Below are positions 1 through 10,900 of a stretch of DNA of 64,000 bases, piece after piece (position 1 is the first letter of the stretch; every line of letters starts with the position of its first letter). The DNA lies in contig JAYWIR010000006.1 of the NCBI GenBank assembly GCA_036172245.1, positions 496,001 to 560,000 on the forward strand. Direction: 5' to 3'. The notes beneath the pieces are model-generated. The model ran no database searches, had not been told where the DNA came from, and worked only from the letters and a program-made list of their open reading frames with translations. The position numbers and the translations under genes were made by a program. Source of the stretch: Raillietiella orientalis (taxonomy: Eukaryota).

Positions 1-1811
1 CAAGAGGATTCGGGAAAATAACAGTTGAAAAGAGAGGAAGAATTTGCGAATGATCATGCAGTGGGTTCAGAATAGAATGATGGGGTGATTTCAGTGGGTG
101 CATGGAGATGAGCTGAATCTCGTGCTTAATTTAACACGAGTCTGGTGTGAAGGGAGGAAAGCTCCGAAAGGATTCCATGTAAACGGGAAGGGGAAAGCAT
201 GCCGTTTTGGAGTGCTGCTCTGGATGTGCAGAACATGTGACACGCCGCCAGTCCTTGCAAACAACCCGTCTTGACCTCGGAAAATGAGTATGCGTATTTA
301 CACGCATGCACATACTTGTTTGACAGTCGCGGACTGCTCCAATGTTCGAGGATGAATCGCATTGGACGCTTGACCCAATTGGGTGACTTGCCGACTCCGT
401 CCTTCAACAAGTCGGGAGCGACAATCTGCTGTTCCTAAATTTATACTCACAAACACTCACCCTGCACATTTCACGCGAAACACTTCGGAGCCCGAATAGA
501 GCAAGATTTCGGTCTCTGCTAAGCCTTTTCCACGGATTTCGGCCTGCTTTAGCGGATTCATTTATCCAGCTGTCTTCTGTGCGTCCTCCGTACATCTATT
601 AGCTTAAAAGGAGGATGCCAGCACGTACTTTTCATCAGCAGATAGTCTCTAGAATTCGATTCCTGTACTTTTACTCGGTTGCTCCGAAGCTGGAAGGATT
701 TCAATCAGCAGTAAGCGAATCTTCCCCGACAGCAACCAGAATCCACCTCCACTCCATGAACTGTGCTCCGGAAAGAGGGATGAGGAAAATGATTCGAGAA
801 TCGAGAAGCGAGAAAAAGTATCTCTTTATCGGGGCTGTGCTTGCATGCAACGAGGACCAGAGGCGATGGAGAAACACCAGAGCAGTCCTTAGAAACGTTC
901 GGACACCGGCTCGCTCCGTACGAGGGGAAAGTTTCGTGCTCTCCGGCAGACAAGATGTGTTTCTCGGCCGCTCAGGGATGGTTCGAGATCCAGTCTCGCC
1001 TCGCCACTCTGGCAAAATCTGCAATCCTCGTTCCCTGGTCATCGTGAATGCGTGGCGCTTTTAGAGAAGTTCATCGCTGGGATACGTGCATCATGGTCTG
1101 GTGGAAAGTTCCAGTATGCACCTGGAGTGTGGAGACCATCACCTCCACGAAACAGAAACGTGAGAACAACCTGGATGAAATACGCGCTTGATGAACTACT
1201 GGAGTCAGATGGGCTCCTTGTTCTTGGGGAAAAATCAGAAGCCTTCCCGCTGCTGCGGAACACGGAACCTTTCCAACTTCTCCAATTCTTCCAGAAATCA
1301 GCGTACAGCAAATCGTTCTCCGATGAAAATTCTCACGACGAGTACAGATATCAATCTCATGTAACGGTCTTTCCATCTTGCCGCAACACTGTAAAACTCT
1401 TTCTTCGAACCCGAGGCGCAAAAACCTATTTTCCCCAGTGGGGGAGCATCATTAAAGATGAACAAGGCCACTTGAACTGAGATTTCCACCTTGGGTGAGT
1501 GCATGTGTCGAGGCTGGCTAAGATGAATTTTCCATACCAGCTGCTGCTAATCTCGAAGAATTCAAATTATTCAAATCAGGTCCACAGATTGCAGCTTCCA
1601 CAGTCGCACCTTTCCAACAGCAACGCGCTCCTTCACTTGTCGTTCTGCCTCAGTCAGTGTGATCTTAGACTGCAAAGCTCTTGCGTCATGTCCAAGTGAT
1701 TGCCGGGCACAAGATAATTGTCTGCATAAACTCTTTACAAAGAGCTTTGCGTTTTTTTTTTCGTACGTTCCCTTTTTTGTATTATTATTCCATGCATTTT
1801 TTTTTTAAAGT

Positions 1812-3515
1812 TTACCAAGCAATGTTCCTGTTTTGCATTCTAGTTTTATTTTTTTCTAATTCTTCTTTTCTAAATTTCAGATGATCGCTATCAGCTCGAT
1901 CAGAAACTGTCAATTTCCCTTTATTAGTTAATACACCTAATTTGAAAATTCTTTCATCATCAAAACCAAAATAACGTTTTTCGATGCCAATTTCAGTAGG
2001 AATTTTTGCATGTAAAACGGTAACCAAAAAACATACGAAAAAGGAAACTGGTCTTCATTTCCAGCTGAATGCAAGTCAGGAGACTGATGACTCCATGACT
2101 CAAACTGCTCTGAGAATCTAAAAACTCGCCTTTTGAAGTATTTTTCATTAAATACGAGTTATGCCGTGGCTCCGTAGTCTCTGGCATGTACCTCCCCTGA
2201 CCATATGTCAAGACTTAAATGTTCTGCATTACAGGCAGTAATCGGAATTCACTCTGATTGTGGCACGAAAGATGCATCGTCAGCACCGGAAGCTAATTCC
2301 GGGAAAAGCGAAGGATTTATTGTCTATGAAAACTTTATGTCTAATTTGAAAAATGCTTGCTCTACCAATTGTCGATTGCCAACTCCATGGATTTCCCTAA
2401 GTTTTCTTGATGTGAAATCGACAACTCGTTGAGTTTGTGTGTCATCCAAGTATTCTGATATTTCTAATATTTCTCATTTTCCCACTGCCAAAGCATCATA
2501 CTACCTTTTATGGTTGGAATGCCACCGTTGAAGAGATGTCCTCTACATTCTTTAAAACTTGGTCCCTTACATCATAGGTCCCTTTGCTTGATCAGATAAG
2601 TCTCGATTCTTTAGTACCTGCTCTAATGATGAAGACAGAAGAAGTTCATGCTGTCTGGATGTGAAGTGATTTTGCTCTTGATGATGGAGTAAGGCCCAAA
2701 AGGAATCGAAAAACAATACTGATGCTTTAATACATCAATACTGCGTAGTATGTATTTTTTTTAATATCTCCTTGTAGTAGCCCTTTTTCTATGATCATCA
2801 CTCATTTTGCCCAGAAGAAATTCGTGCAACCCCTTATTCCAGACAAAGCAGCATCCATTAACAGATCACCTTCATCAGAAACACTTGGATCATTCCGCAG
2901 CTTATTATACAAGAACCCTATACCCTTTTTCAATTTTTACCTGGGTTGACAAGCATTTTTTCTTTTAAACGATCGGCGGGTTTGTACCTTCTAGTTTTCA
3001 GACTACTTATCAATACACGAAATGTCTTTATAGGTTTACTTTTTTTTTATGATTGATGGTTTCACAGCAAAGGCCAGAGCTCGTCAACAGATTTTTTTTT
3101 CTCTGTGACTGAAACGTATCCACCTTGCCAACCTGGAAATACCTGGTCAAACAGCTCAGGAATTTCATACTCTAAACAATATTTACACTCTGACTCACAT
3201 CTTTTAGAAGGATTAAATGGGTATTCTTTTCCATTATGATTTAAATTAGACTCTGCCAGCCTCTACTTTTTTTTTATTCAATTCCTTTCCAGCAAAAAGT
3301 GTTAGAGACCACAGAAAAATTTGCCCTCTTCGATAGCCCCTTCTGATATACCAAGTATTTTATCGTAATTATGGTCTAAATTATGATTCTATAAAGCCAT
3401 TTTGTATTTTAATATAAACTTCAGTGTAACAGGTTGTTGTTGCCAAGCCGACAGCTAATTCTCTTTCTCCGAATCTTATCATTCCACCACAATAAGTTTC
3501 TTGTTGGTACTTTAT
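1812..3515 (-). pseudogene. Endogenous viral element: decayed orthomyxovirus-like polymerase PB2, C-terminal half (cap-binding, 627-like and NLS-like regions)
   Basis: Manual minus-strand translation across stops and frameshifts gives blocks collinear with influenza A PB2 as recalled: TEVYIKIQNGFIES (~QTLKIRVHEGYEEF), LNHNGKEYPFNP...VFPGW (~LNFVNRANQRLNP...LFQNW), FLYNKL...SGIRG (~MLYNKM...KAIRG), FLLGL...TSSVFIIRAG (~KLLPF...SSFTVNVRGSG), and C-terminal VLTNKGKLTVSDRADSDHL...KTRMQN (~[21 protein letters not shown]...KRIRMAIN). No introns seen. Identity is low, and about 150 extra residues must be assumed before the last block. Confidence 0.45.
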
Positions 3516-4148
3516 CTACAAAAATGATCATTTTAGAGAGTTTATGAAAGGATTCCTCACGGCACCCTTTGCTTCTCTTTATTAAAGGGAAGGGTTAAGC
3601 ACGATGACTTCATTCGATTGCTTGCTTCCCTTTTCCTCAACCTAATGCTTAAGCGTCATCCTTTCATTCTACGAAAAATAGGCCTCCTCGTTCTTATTGT
3701 AATTGAAATGGAGCAGAAATCTCTGATGACTATCACCTTTGATTATAGATAAAGTTGATTATAGAGACACCACATCCCTTCAGCTCGGATCGAGAGCGTT
3801 TGCTGGGGCGATGGCTGGCTTGTTTCGAGTTAACCGTGCCATGGTGAGTTTGGACAAGGGTAGGGCATATAAACTATGCCTATTATTTTTGCTTTGCAAA
3901 CGAAGCACAAACCAAATTTTATAGGAGAGAGCGTTGATGAGATTTTCCCGCCAAGTTATTCGCAATATAAAACGAAAGAAGTGATTCGCGGGGTTAATGT
4001 TGGTGGTGATCGCCCAGGCGGGTTGCCAACTTGGATCGGTACATTCCGACGGTGGCTCCCGTGGAAAACCGCTAAGTCTTTTTTAAAAGTGTTGAAACGG
4101 TTACGCGCAACGAAAACAACGCATCTCCACACATTCCAGGGTCCATGA

Positions 4149-5860
4149 GTGGAGATGAAACTGCAATCATTGGTGGAAGAGTTAGAAGGGATGGGATCCA
4201 CGGTGCAGCGTTCTTTTCAGAAGCGTTGTCGGGAAACAGCCCTTCAGCACTTGTGCAAATTGGCGGCCTTGCAACACACACAAAGAATTATCCGATGCCG
4301 CAGCAAGATACTGAGGTCTCTACGATGCAATGACAAACAGTGGAGCAGGCGTTCTCCAATACCTCCGACCGGTGACGTGGGAAACGATGGGTCGGAGGTT
4401 GATTTAAGCAAGGTTCCACTTAAAAAGAGTGGTGTGCATCCCGTAAGGAAACGTGGATGTTGGAATCACAGAGGAAAATGGCCTTAACAGCGCCAGAGGA
4501 AGACGTGACAGCGTTCATTCGAACCATGAAAAAACATGCTGCGGAGGTCAGCGTAATTGGAGAGTTTAATGGCAGCAGGAGAGTAACAGTTCGGATGTCG
4601 CAAGCCCAACAAATAAGGAACTGATTTTCTGCATGATGGAAATCCCAGAATGCATTCACAGACGAGGCTGTGGTCAAGAGAATCGAACCTTATCAGCGTA
4701 TGGGTTCGGTAACCCTCTTCTGTCATCTCAGTGCGTGACACTGGGATGCAATAGGCTTTGCCTGCAAACATCTTATGCCCGAATCCGTATGATGGCGAAG
4801 CTCAGCGTGGGATGGATTCCAATGTTAGCTACTTGCATGGCGCCTTCGCGTGTCCCACTCTGGAATGGCAGCAGAGTTGCCTCCTTTAGAAGTCGGGCTA
4901 AGAGAAATTCTGGGCGGACCAGGGAGTATTCATCAGGGAGTTCATCGTGGAATGCACGATGATGAAGGATGGTCAGTGCTAAAACTACTGCGGAGCAAGG
5001 GAAGAGTGCGCAGTAAAAGCGTTGCCTCAAGGCTAATTCGCTCCTTAGATAAAGGTGCTGTAAAATCGCAGGGATTCGGCGCAATTTATGGAGAAACTAA
5101 CACTTACCACCTGGCAGCACGTGCCATCGACACTGTCATGGGCAACTGCGTAGTTGCAGGAGGAAATACAGGTCATCTAGAACTGCTCACAATTTTTGCT
5201 GATGCGATGCATATAATCCAGAAAGTTTTGGCGACTAAAGTGAGCTGCAGAGGGTTTGTTACGATTACGAAACCGCATTTCAGACGGCATTCATATCTGG
5301 AAAGGATAGTGTGTTCACCGATTTCAAGGAATGTGCCGAAAATGACCAGAAATTGACTGAAAGAGAAATGTTCGCTGCACCACCTTCCTTACTGGGTCCA
5401 GCAGCTGGACTGATAGAGAATGTTGCGAATGGGATATCTCTTGATATAAAAATTCCAGGAGACTCAATAAACTTCTTGGTAGATCTGGATATCAATTATG
5501 CTGTGGAATAGTTAATAGAGATGTGCCAAAAGTTGATGCAAAGAGCTCTACCATCGTCAATAAAAGATGGAATCGTTGCCTCTGCAATTGCACCAAGTCT
5601 CGGATCTAGCAAGATTACTAATTGCAGGAGATCCAGGCTGAAAAGGACCTGAACTCGTGCCAGTTGGGAAAACGCGAAGTGGACCTCCAGTCAACAAGAT
5701 CGTGAGGCCTTCTGAACCACGAAGCAGAATTTTGGTTACTGTTGCACCTCAAAATCAGAAGACGTTTGAAGAGTGGCTTAAAGGTGAAGCTTTCAAAGGC
5801 GAAGTGACAGAGAAGAAAGCTCTGAATATAAAGGATATCTTAAAAGCACATCTGAAAGGT
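4149..5860 (+). pseudogene. Endogenous viral element: decayed orthomyxovirus-like nucleoprotein (NP), near full length
   Basis: Stitched + strand frames give motifs in the order of influenza NP as recalled: FQKRCRETAL (~YIQMCTELKL), PLKKSG at ~4416 (~DPKKTGG), FCHLSA*H at ~4720 (~LTHMMIWH), TSYARIR then RGMDSNVSYLHG (~ATYQRTR...TGMDPRMCSLMQG), GNTGHLELLTIFA...IIQKVLATKVSC (~PGNAEFEDLTFLA...ILRGSVAHKSC), YDYE...ISGKD (~YDFE...LVGID), KTRSG at ~5669 (~RTRSG), AFKG (~AFNG). Several stops and frameshifts. Confidence 0.7.
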
Positions 5861-7377
5861 ATAGGGAACAGTTATTGTAGCATGCTGGTCTACAATATTT
5901 TTTTTATCGCGCTAAATAGCTCTTTTACTATGTAATGTTTATTTAGAATAGATGCGCTGTTGCTTTCAGGTGGGCAGTATGCGTCCATTTCATCAATTCT
6001 TTTGTTTGTTGATCTTTCGTTAATCAGTACATCAGATAAATTGGTGATGTCTGCCGTCTTATTTATGAGAGTCGCTCGAGTTGTAAATTTCATGGTTGAA
6101 TTCTACGGCAAGAGAGAAGCTATCTACAGATTAAGGATGTGCGTAATGTGGAATGGCATAATTTTAGGCTGATGCTGATTTCGTCCGCGGCAATTTCAGT
6201 ACGCCTTTTCTCAAGTGTAACTAAAAGCCAAGCCTTCCATCCAGCTAATTCCGTTAATCTCATTATGGCATCGGAAACACTATCTATCGTGTTTGTGGGC
6301 TTACTACACAAATTTCCTACGTGGGTGTCCATCGTGGAGACTTGGCTTTTCAATTTTCTTGTGCATTAACGTGAAGCCTCTGCTTACTTACATCAGCATA
6401 TTTATTCTGGTGGGCAAAAATGTAGTACCCCGTTTTCTGATAGAGAGCTCACACTTCACAGCTGAAACCCAATCATCAGCAAAAGTCACCGGCTACTTTA
6501 TGAACTCACATCAGCTACATCACAAGTGACCTCACACGTAAGGATTGCATACCCTGGCCGTAAGATGTTCGTAGAAGCTGCTCGACCTATGCGGAAACAT
6601 ATTGGATTGGCGCGCGGTAGTCAGCTTTTGCTAGTCTCGATAGCTTTGAACTTGAAATCAATAAAATCGGCATTTTCTTGGAGGCATTTTCTTTGTTCTA
6701 ACTACAGCCTTGTCCTTGTGTCGTCTTTCATTTTTTTCGCTATTTTCAACGAATGCCCACACCAACGGAGCATCAGCTCACCACACAAAAGACAGAAAGT
6801 GTGCTGGCTCGATTACATAGTGCTGCTTTAAAACAAAGAACACAACCGAGACGGATAATCGACATCCCAGAAGAAACGAGTAACAGGAAAGACGGGATAA
6901 TCAATAGGAACGGAAATATTTTTTTCCCGGTGCTTGACGTGGAAGACTAGTGCAAAGTGAAACGAAGCTTCTCAGACGAACCCTGGCCAGCGGGCACTGC
7001 ATATACTTGCTAGTATTCCAGAAAAATCGGTGGAAGGCTCACGATTCTGCTGTGTAAACAGCTCCCGTGACTTTTTTGCACGGTCACAGCACGGCAACTG
7101 TCCTGAAGGTGCTACCTAGAAGAAAGATTGCTCCTCCCCGTCTCGGCGGCTGTGTTAGGCTACTCCTCCTTAAGATTATGAATCAGGACAGTGCTCCTTG
7201 AAAAGAAGGGGGGAGTGGAAAAAAGATGGTCCCCATGCTTTTGTCGATTTTCGTTTCCAAGATAGGCTATAGCCGAATGTTGGTCTTTGCTTGACTGCCT
7301 CAACAGCTTTTCACAACATTGTGAAATGTGGGCTGCACTTCTCTGCCTGATCTAATAGAGTCAACGGCACTCTGAAA

Positions 7378-7767
7378 TTGCTGTCTTAAACTATCATCTT
7401 TATATAACTCTCTTATACGAGCCACTTCAGGCTGCAGATTTTTCATTTTGAACATTGAAACGTATGACCTATAAGATAAAAGCGGCATCAAAAGTTTCAT
7501 TACCAAAGTCAGCAACAATATTGCTAAACCAAAATTTTTCAAAACGAAGTTAAAATGTTCAAGAAGCAAAAAGACTGGTTTGGTTATGAAGTAAAGAACG
7601 CCAAAATCTACAGCTTTATCAAATAAACGTATACCTAGAGTACTTTTATAAGAATCCAACAAATTCAACAACTCAAAGTAATTCACATTAGAAACACTTG
7701 TACCAGGAAGTATGCTCTTGCAAGGTTTAACAAAATCTACTAGAAATTTATCAATGCTATTAACGCC
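7378..7767 (-). pseudogene. yidC: Wolbachia-like yidC (membrane protein insertase) internal fragment, probable nuclear Wolbachia transfer
   Basis: Open frame [31 protein letters not shown]...[61 protein letters not shown]...[21 protein letters not shown]. This carries the YidC VDFG..FITKP / [10 protein letters not shown] / LQPE signature in a Rickettsiales (Wolbachia)-like form. Truncated at both ends; AT-rich; no introns. Confidence 0.85.
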
Positions 7768-7962
7768 TACCTTTCTTCATACCTTCTTCAAGTTTGTATC
7801 CAAGGATAGCTTCCTCTTTGTACAGATCCGTTGTACATATGCCGTTGGATCTTTTTCATTCCACTTGAACCTGTCTAATTCATCATATGCTCGCTTTATT
7901 ATTGGCGCTTCTCTTGAAATCTTCTTTAGATCTCTTTCAGTGGTTTCTTCTGCATGCTTGAG
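7768..7962 (-). pseudogene. Wolbachia-like Rpn family recombination-promoting nuclease / PD-(D/E)XK 'transposase' C-terminal fragment
   Basis: KHAEETTERDLKKISREAPIIKRAYDELDRFKWNEKD, then after a frameshift [20 protein letters not shown]. This is typical of the C-terminal region of Wolbachia Rpn-family proteins as recalled. Confidence 0.75.
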
Positions 7963-10900
7963 TAGGGTCGAGAACAGGCGCGTTGCCTCTATAGATTTGT
8001 TCCAGCAGAAGATCTGAAGCATTTATCTGAAGAAACAAGCGGCTTCCTAGGAAAATGATTCGTGAAGTTGACAGCAGTTGCCGGATCCTCTTTCCAAATG
8101 ATGCGGGTTGCCAGCAACGATCCCGATACCACGGAAAGTTGAAATTCCCTACGAAGGTAGAAACGGGACGTGTGGCACCACCGCTATAATCAGGGTACAC
8201 TCTGAAGTCGGACCTGGCCATGAGCTCTCAGCCAAACCCCGTTTTCAAAGACAAACGGTTCCTGAGCAATCAGTGTCTCCAGGCAACAAATCACTAGCCA
8301 ACAAATTTCGAAACTGCATGGCTTCCAGAGAGAAGAGAATGGGGCAAGAATTTTCTTTTTCCTGAACGCCGTTTTCAGCTAGGAGGTTTGCAAGAAGGAA
8401 AAGCGATTCTTTCCCTGTTGAGAACGTATCTCGATTAAGAGCTACTGAATGGATCGCACGAGATCGAAAACACGTGGGAGTTCACGAAAATCAACAGTTC
8501 ATCAACACAATTACGAGTACTCTGCAGGAATTTTAAAAACTGGAATGCTCCCAGCTGAAATGCCCGCGAGTGAACTACGCTGTTTGTTTGTTTCAGTTCT
8601 CGAAAACAACATCAAGAATTTGTGTTTGTGCAACACTGCGTCTGTTTACAGCTGCGAATGTTCCCGAAGAAAGAACAGCTACGGGCGCGCCCAGCATCTC
8701 GCGTCAAAGTGTACCTGTCTCAAGGAAAGGCTCTTGTTTGCAAAGTCGGGAGGGGAGAGATGCACACGCATTTGTCAAGATGTTTTCATACAAACGAACG
8801 TGTTTTGAAGTCCTCCTTCACAGATAAAGGGCAGTTTTCAATCAACAAAGCAAATGAGTTTCCTTGCTCCCCGACTCATTGATGCTTGCAGCTCTGGAAT
8901 GAAGAACCAAACAGCACTTTAGGAAACCCATGAAGGAGAAGCAAACGGATCACTCTTCCATTAGCTGAGAAGACCCAATTTTTTTTTCTGATTTCAAGAA
9001 GTTTCATTGAACTCCTGGAAACGCTGCAGCAGGATCTGAAACGGAACTGCTTGAATAAACGATGTCTAAGTAAAGGCATTCGAAATCGGTAACTTCGGGA
9101 TGTAGAACAATAAGGGAAATTAGAAAAGCACTTAGAAATTTCGTTGGGATAAAGCCCAAGAAATTCTAAGAGATTGTTCCACATTTCCAATTTCGGGAAG
9201 GATTTTCCTTAGCAAATGAGGTAAAGGATCCATTCATCATCGGCAGTCTGCCTCGCGCATCATTTCTTCTGCGTCCCTTCACTTTACATCCACTATCAAT
9301 CTCATCACATCTCATTTCAGACCTATTTTCTAACAAAACGGAAACGTAGTTTCCGTTTTGTTTGTACGCCGAGACTGACGTTCAGAGCGTTTACGTAATT
9401 TCTACGGCCGGGATCTGCATCTACTGACCACCTATTTTCTCATCAAGTGCATTTTTAGTACAAACTCCAAACTGCCTTTGAGCGCTCTTTTTCATCACCA
9501 TAGGGCTCCCACTCCGATTTGGTTTCCATGCCATATCTGGCCCTACTTTGGTGTTAGTGAGAAACCGGTCATTCTTTCATCTCGTGATACCCTGGAGCCT
9601 TAGTCTTTAAATTCCTTGAAGCGATTCTTGTAAATCGAAATCCACTTCCATCCTCAGATTTCTTTTCCCGAATGATGCCTGGCTAAGAAGAGTGTTTGGT
9701 TTTACAATTCTTGAAAAGAAGTGTAAAATCAAACTTAGAACTTGAGAGACTTGGTGAGTAGGACCAAATCTGTCTTCTGCTTTCAAGAATGCTTCTCGTC
9801 CTCCTCACCAATCCAATAACGTAATGAATTCACTTCAGCACTCTAATTCGTGCACTCCGAAACAAATTTATGTACATTCTTTTATATCATTTTCTGTTAT
9901 TTAAATATTTACTATTTTCATTTTCCACATGAATAAGATATATATATTATTTGTATAGAAAATGAAACAGATCGTTATTTGGAAGCCATGGATATTCCTC
10001 AGGGTGTTTTCGTTTGTTGCTGTTTAAAATTATTTGTCATGGGCAAATGGACTAATACAATGCAGACAATCTCAGATCCTGCAGACGGCCTTTTGGATCC
10101 CGTCTTTGGATTCCAATAATCCTTCTTCGGCGACACGAGTTCCATTCTGAAACGGAATCATCAAGGCAGATTCGAATCCTTCCTTTCAACGAGATGAAGT
10201 GATAACAACCACGTGAAACAAAAAGGCGAGACCTGAACGAAGTTTCCGAGCTCACAGTGGTGAGCAATCCATCACAACAGCGATCCCAGAACTAATTTAC
10301 AACTAATGGGAACAGTAGTACATAGACGTGGTTTCTTGCGAACAGAGGTACATAGACGAAACACCGTTCTGAAGAGTGAACATCCCGGAAATGAAGAAAC
10401 TCTTCCAAAATATGAAACCAGGATAAAGGCAGGTACCCAACTTGGCTTTATAGATCTCACATCACCTTCAATGTGAAGGGAAGGTCGGTGAGAGATGATA
10501 ATGGACAGTGAAGGGATTCAGTGACAGAAAAACCCTAAAAGCAGAAGGTTCCAAAAGCGAACTTCATTCTAAAATTGGAGGTCCTTTACCCTCTATCGGA
10601 ATCTACCACACGATACCATCATACACGATATACCTGAAAAACGTTAAATTTCTTATGCTTGATAAGTTCGGCGATGGACTTTGCGATGATACGCTCTTTT
10701 CTTCTCTATCTGGGAGAGCAGTGTGTACACTATTCGTTTGTCAGCTGCCTCCAATGAAAACCAAGACCTAAAAGCCTGACACACCTACGGCGGGCAACTC
10801 TAAATTCGGGATTCTTCTACTAATCCGGAAAGCGGACAAGGCAGCTTTGATGTTATTCTTATCGGACGCGAAAAGCTGTGAAAACATTTGACTGAGTGAG

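Noticed and set aside
1738..1765. AGAGCTTTGCG followed by a T-run as an orthomyxoviral vRNA 5' terminus plus U-track
   Set aside because: Position is suggestive but it does not match known conserved termini, and homopolymer runs are common in this genome.
7300..8022. Bacterial contamination as the explanation for the Wolbachia-like sequence
   Set aside because: The fragments are truncated, one is frameshifted, they are fused out of native order, and they lie ~4 kb from an intron-containing gene. Read-level confirmation is still needed.
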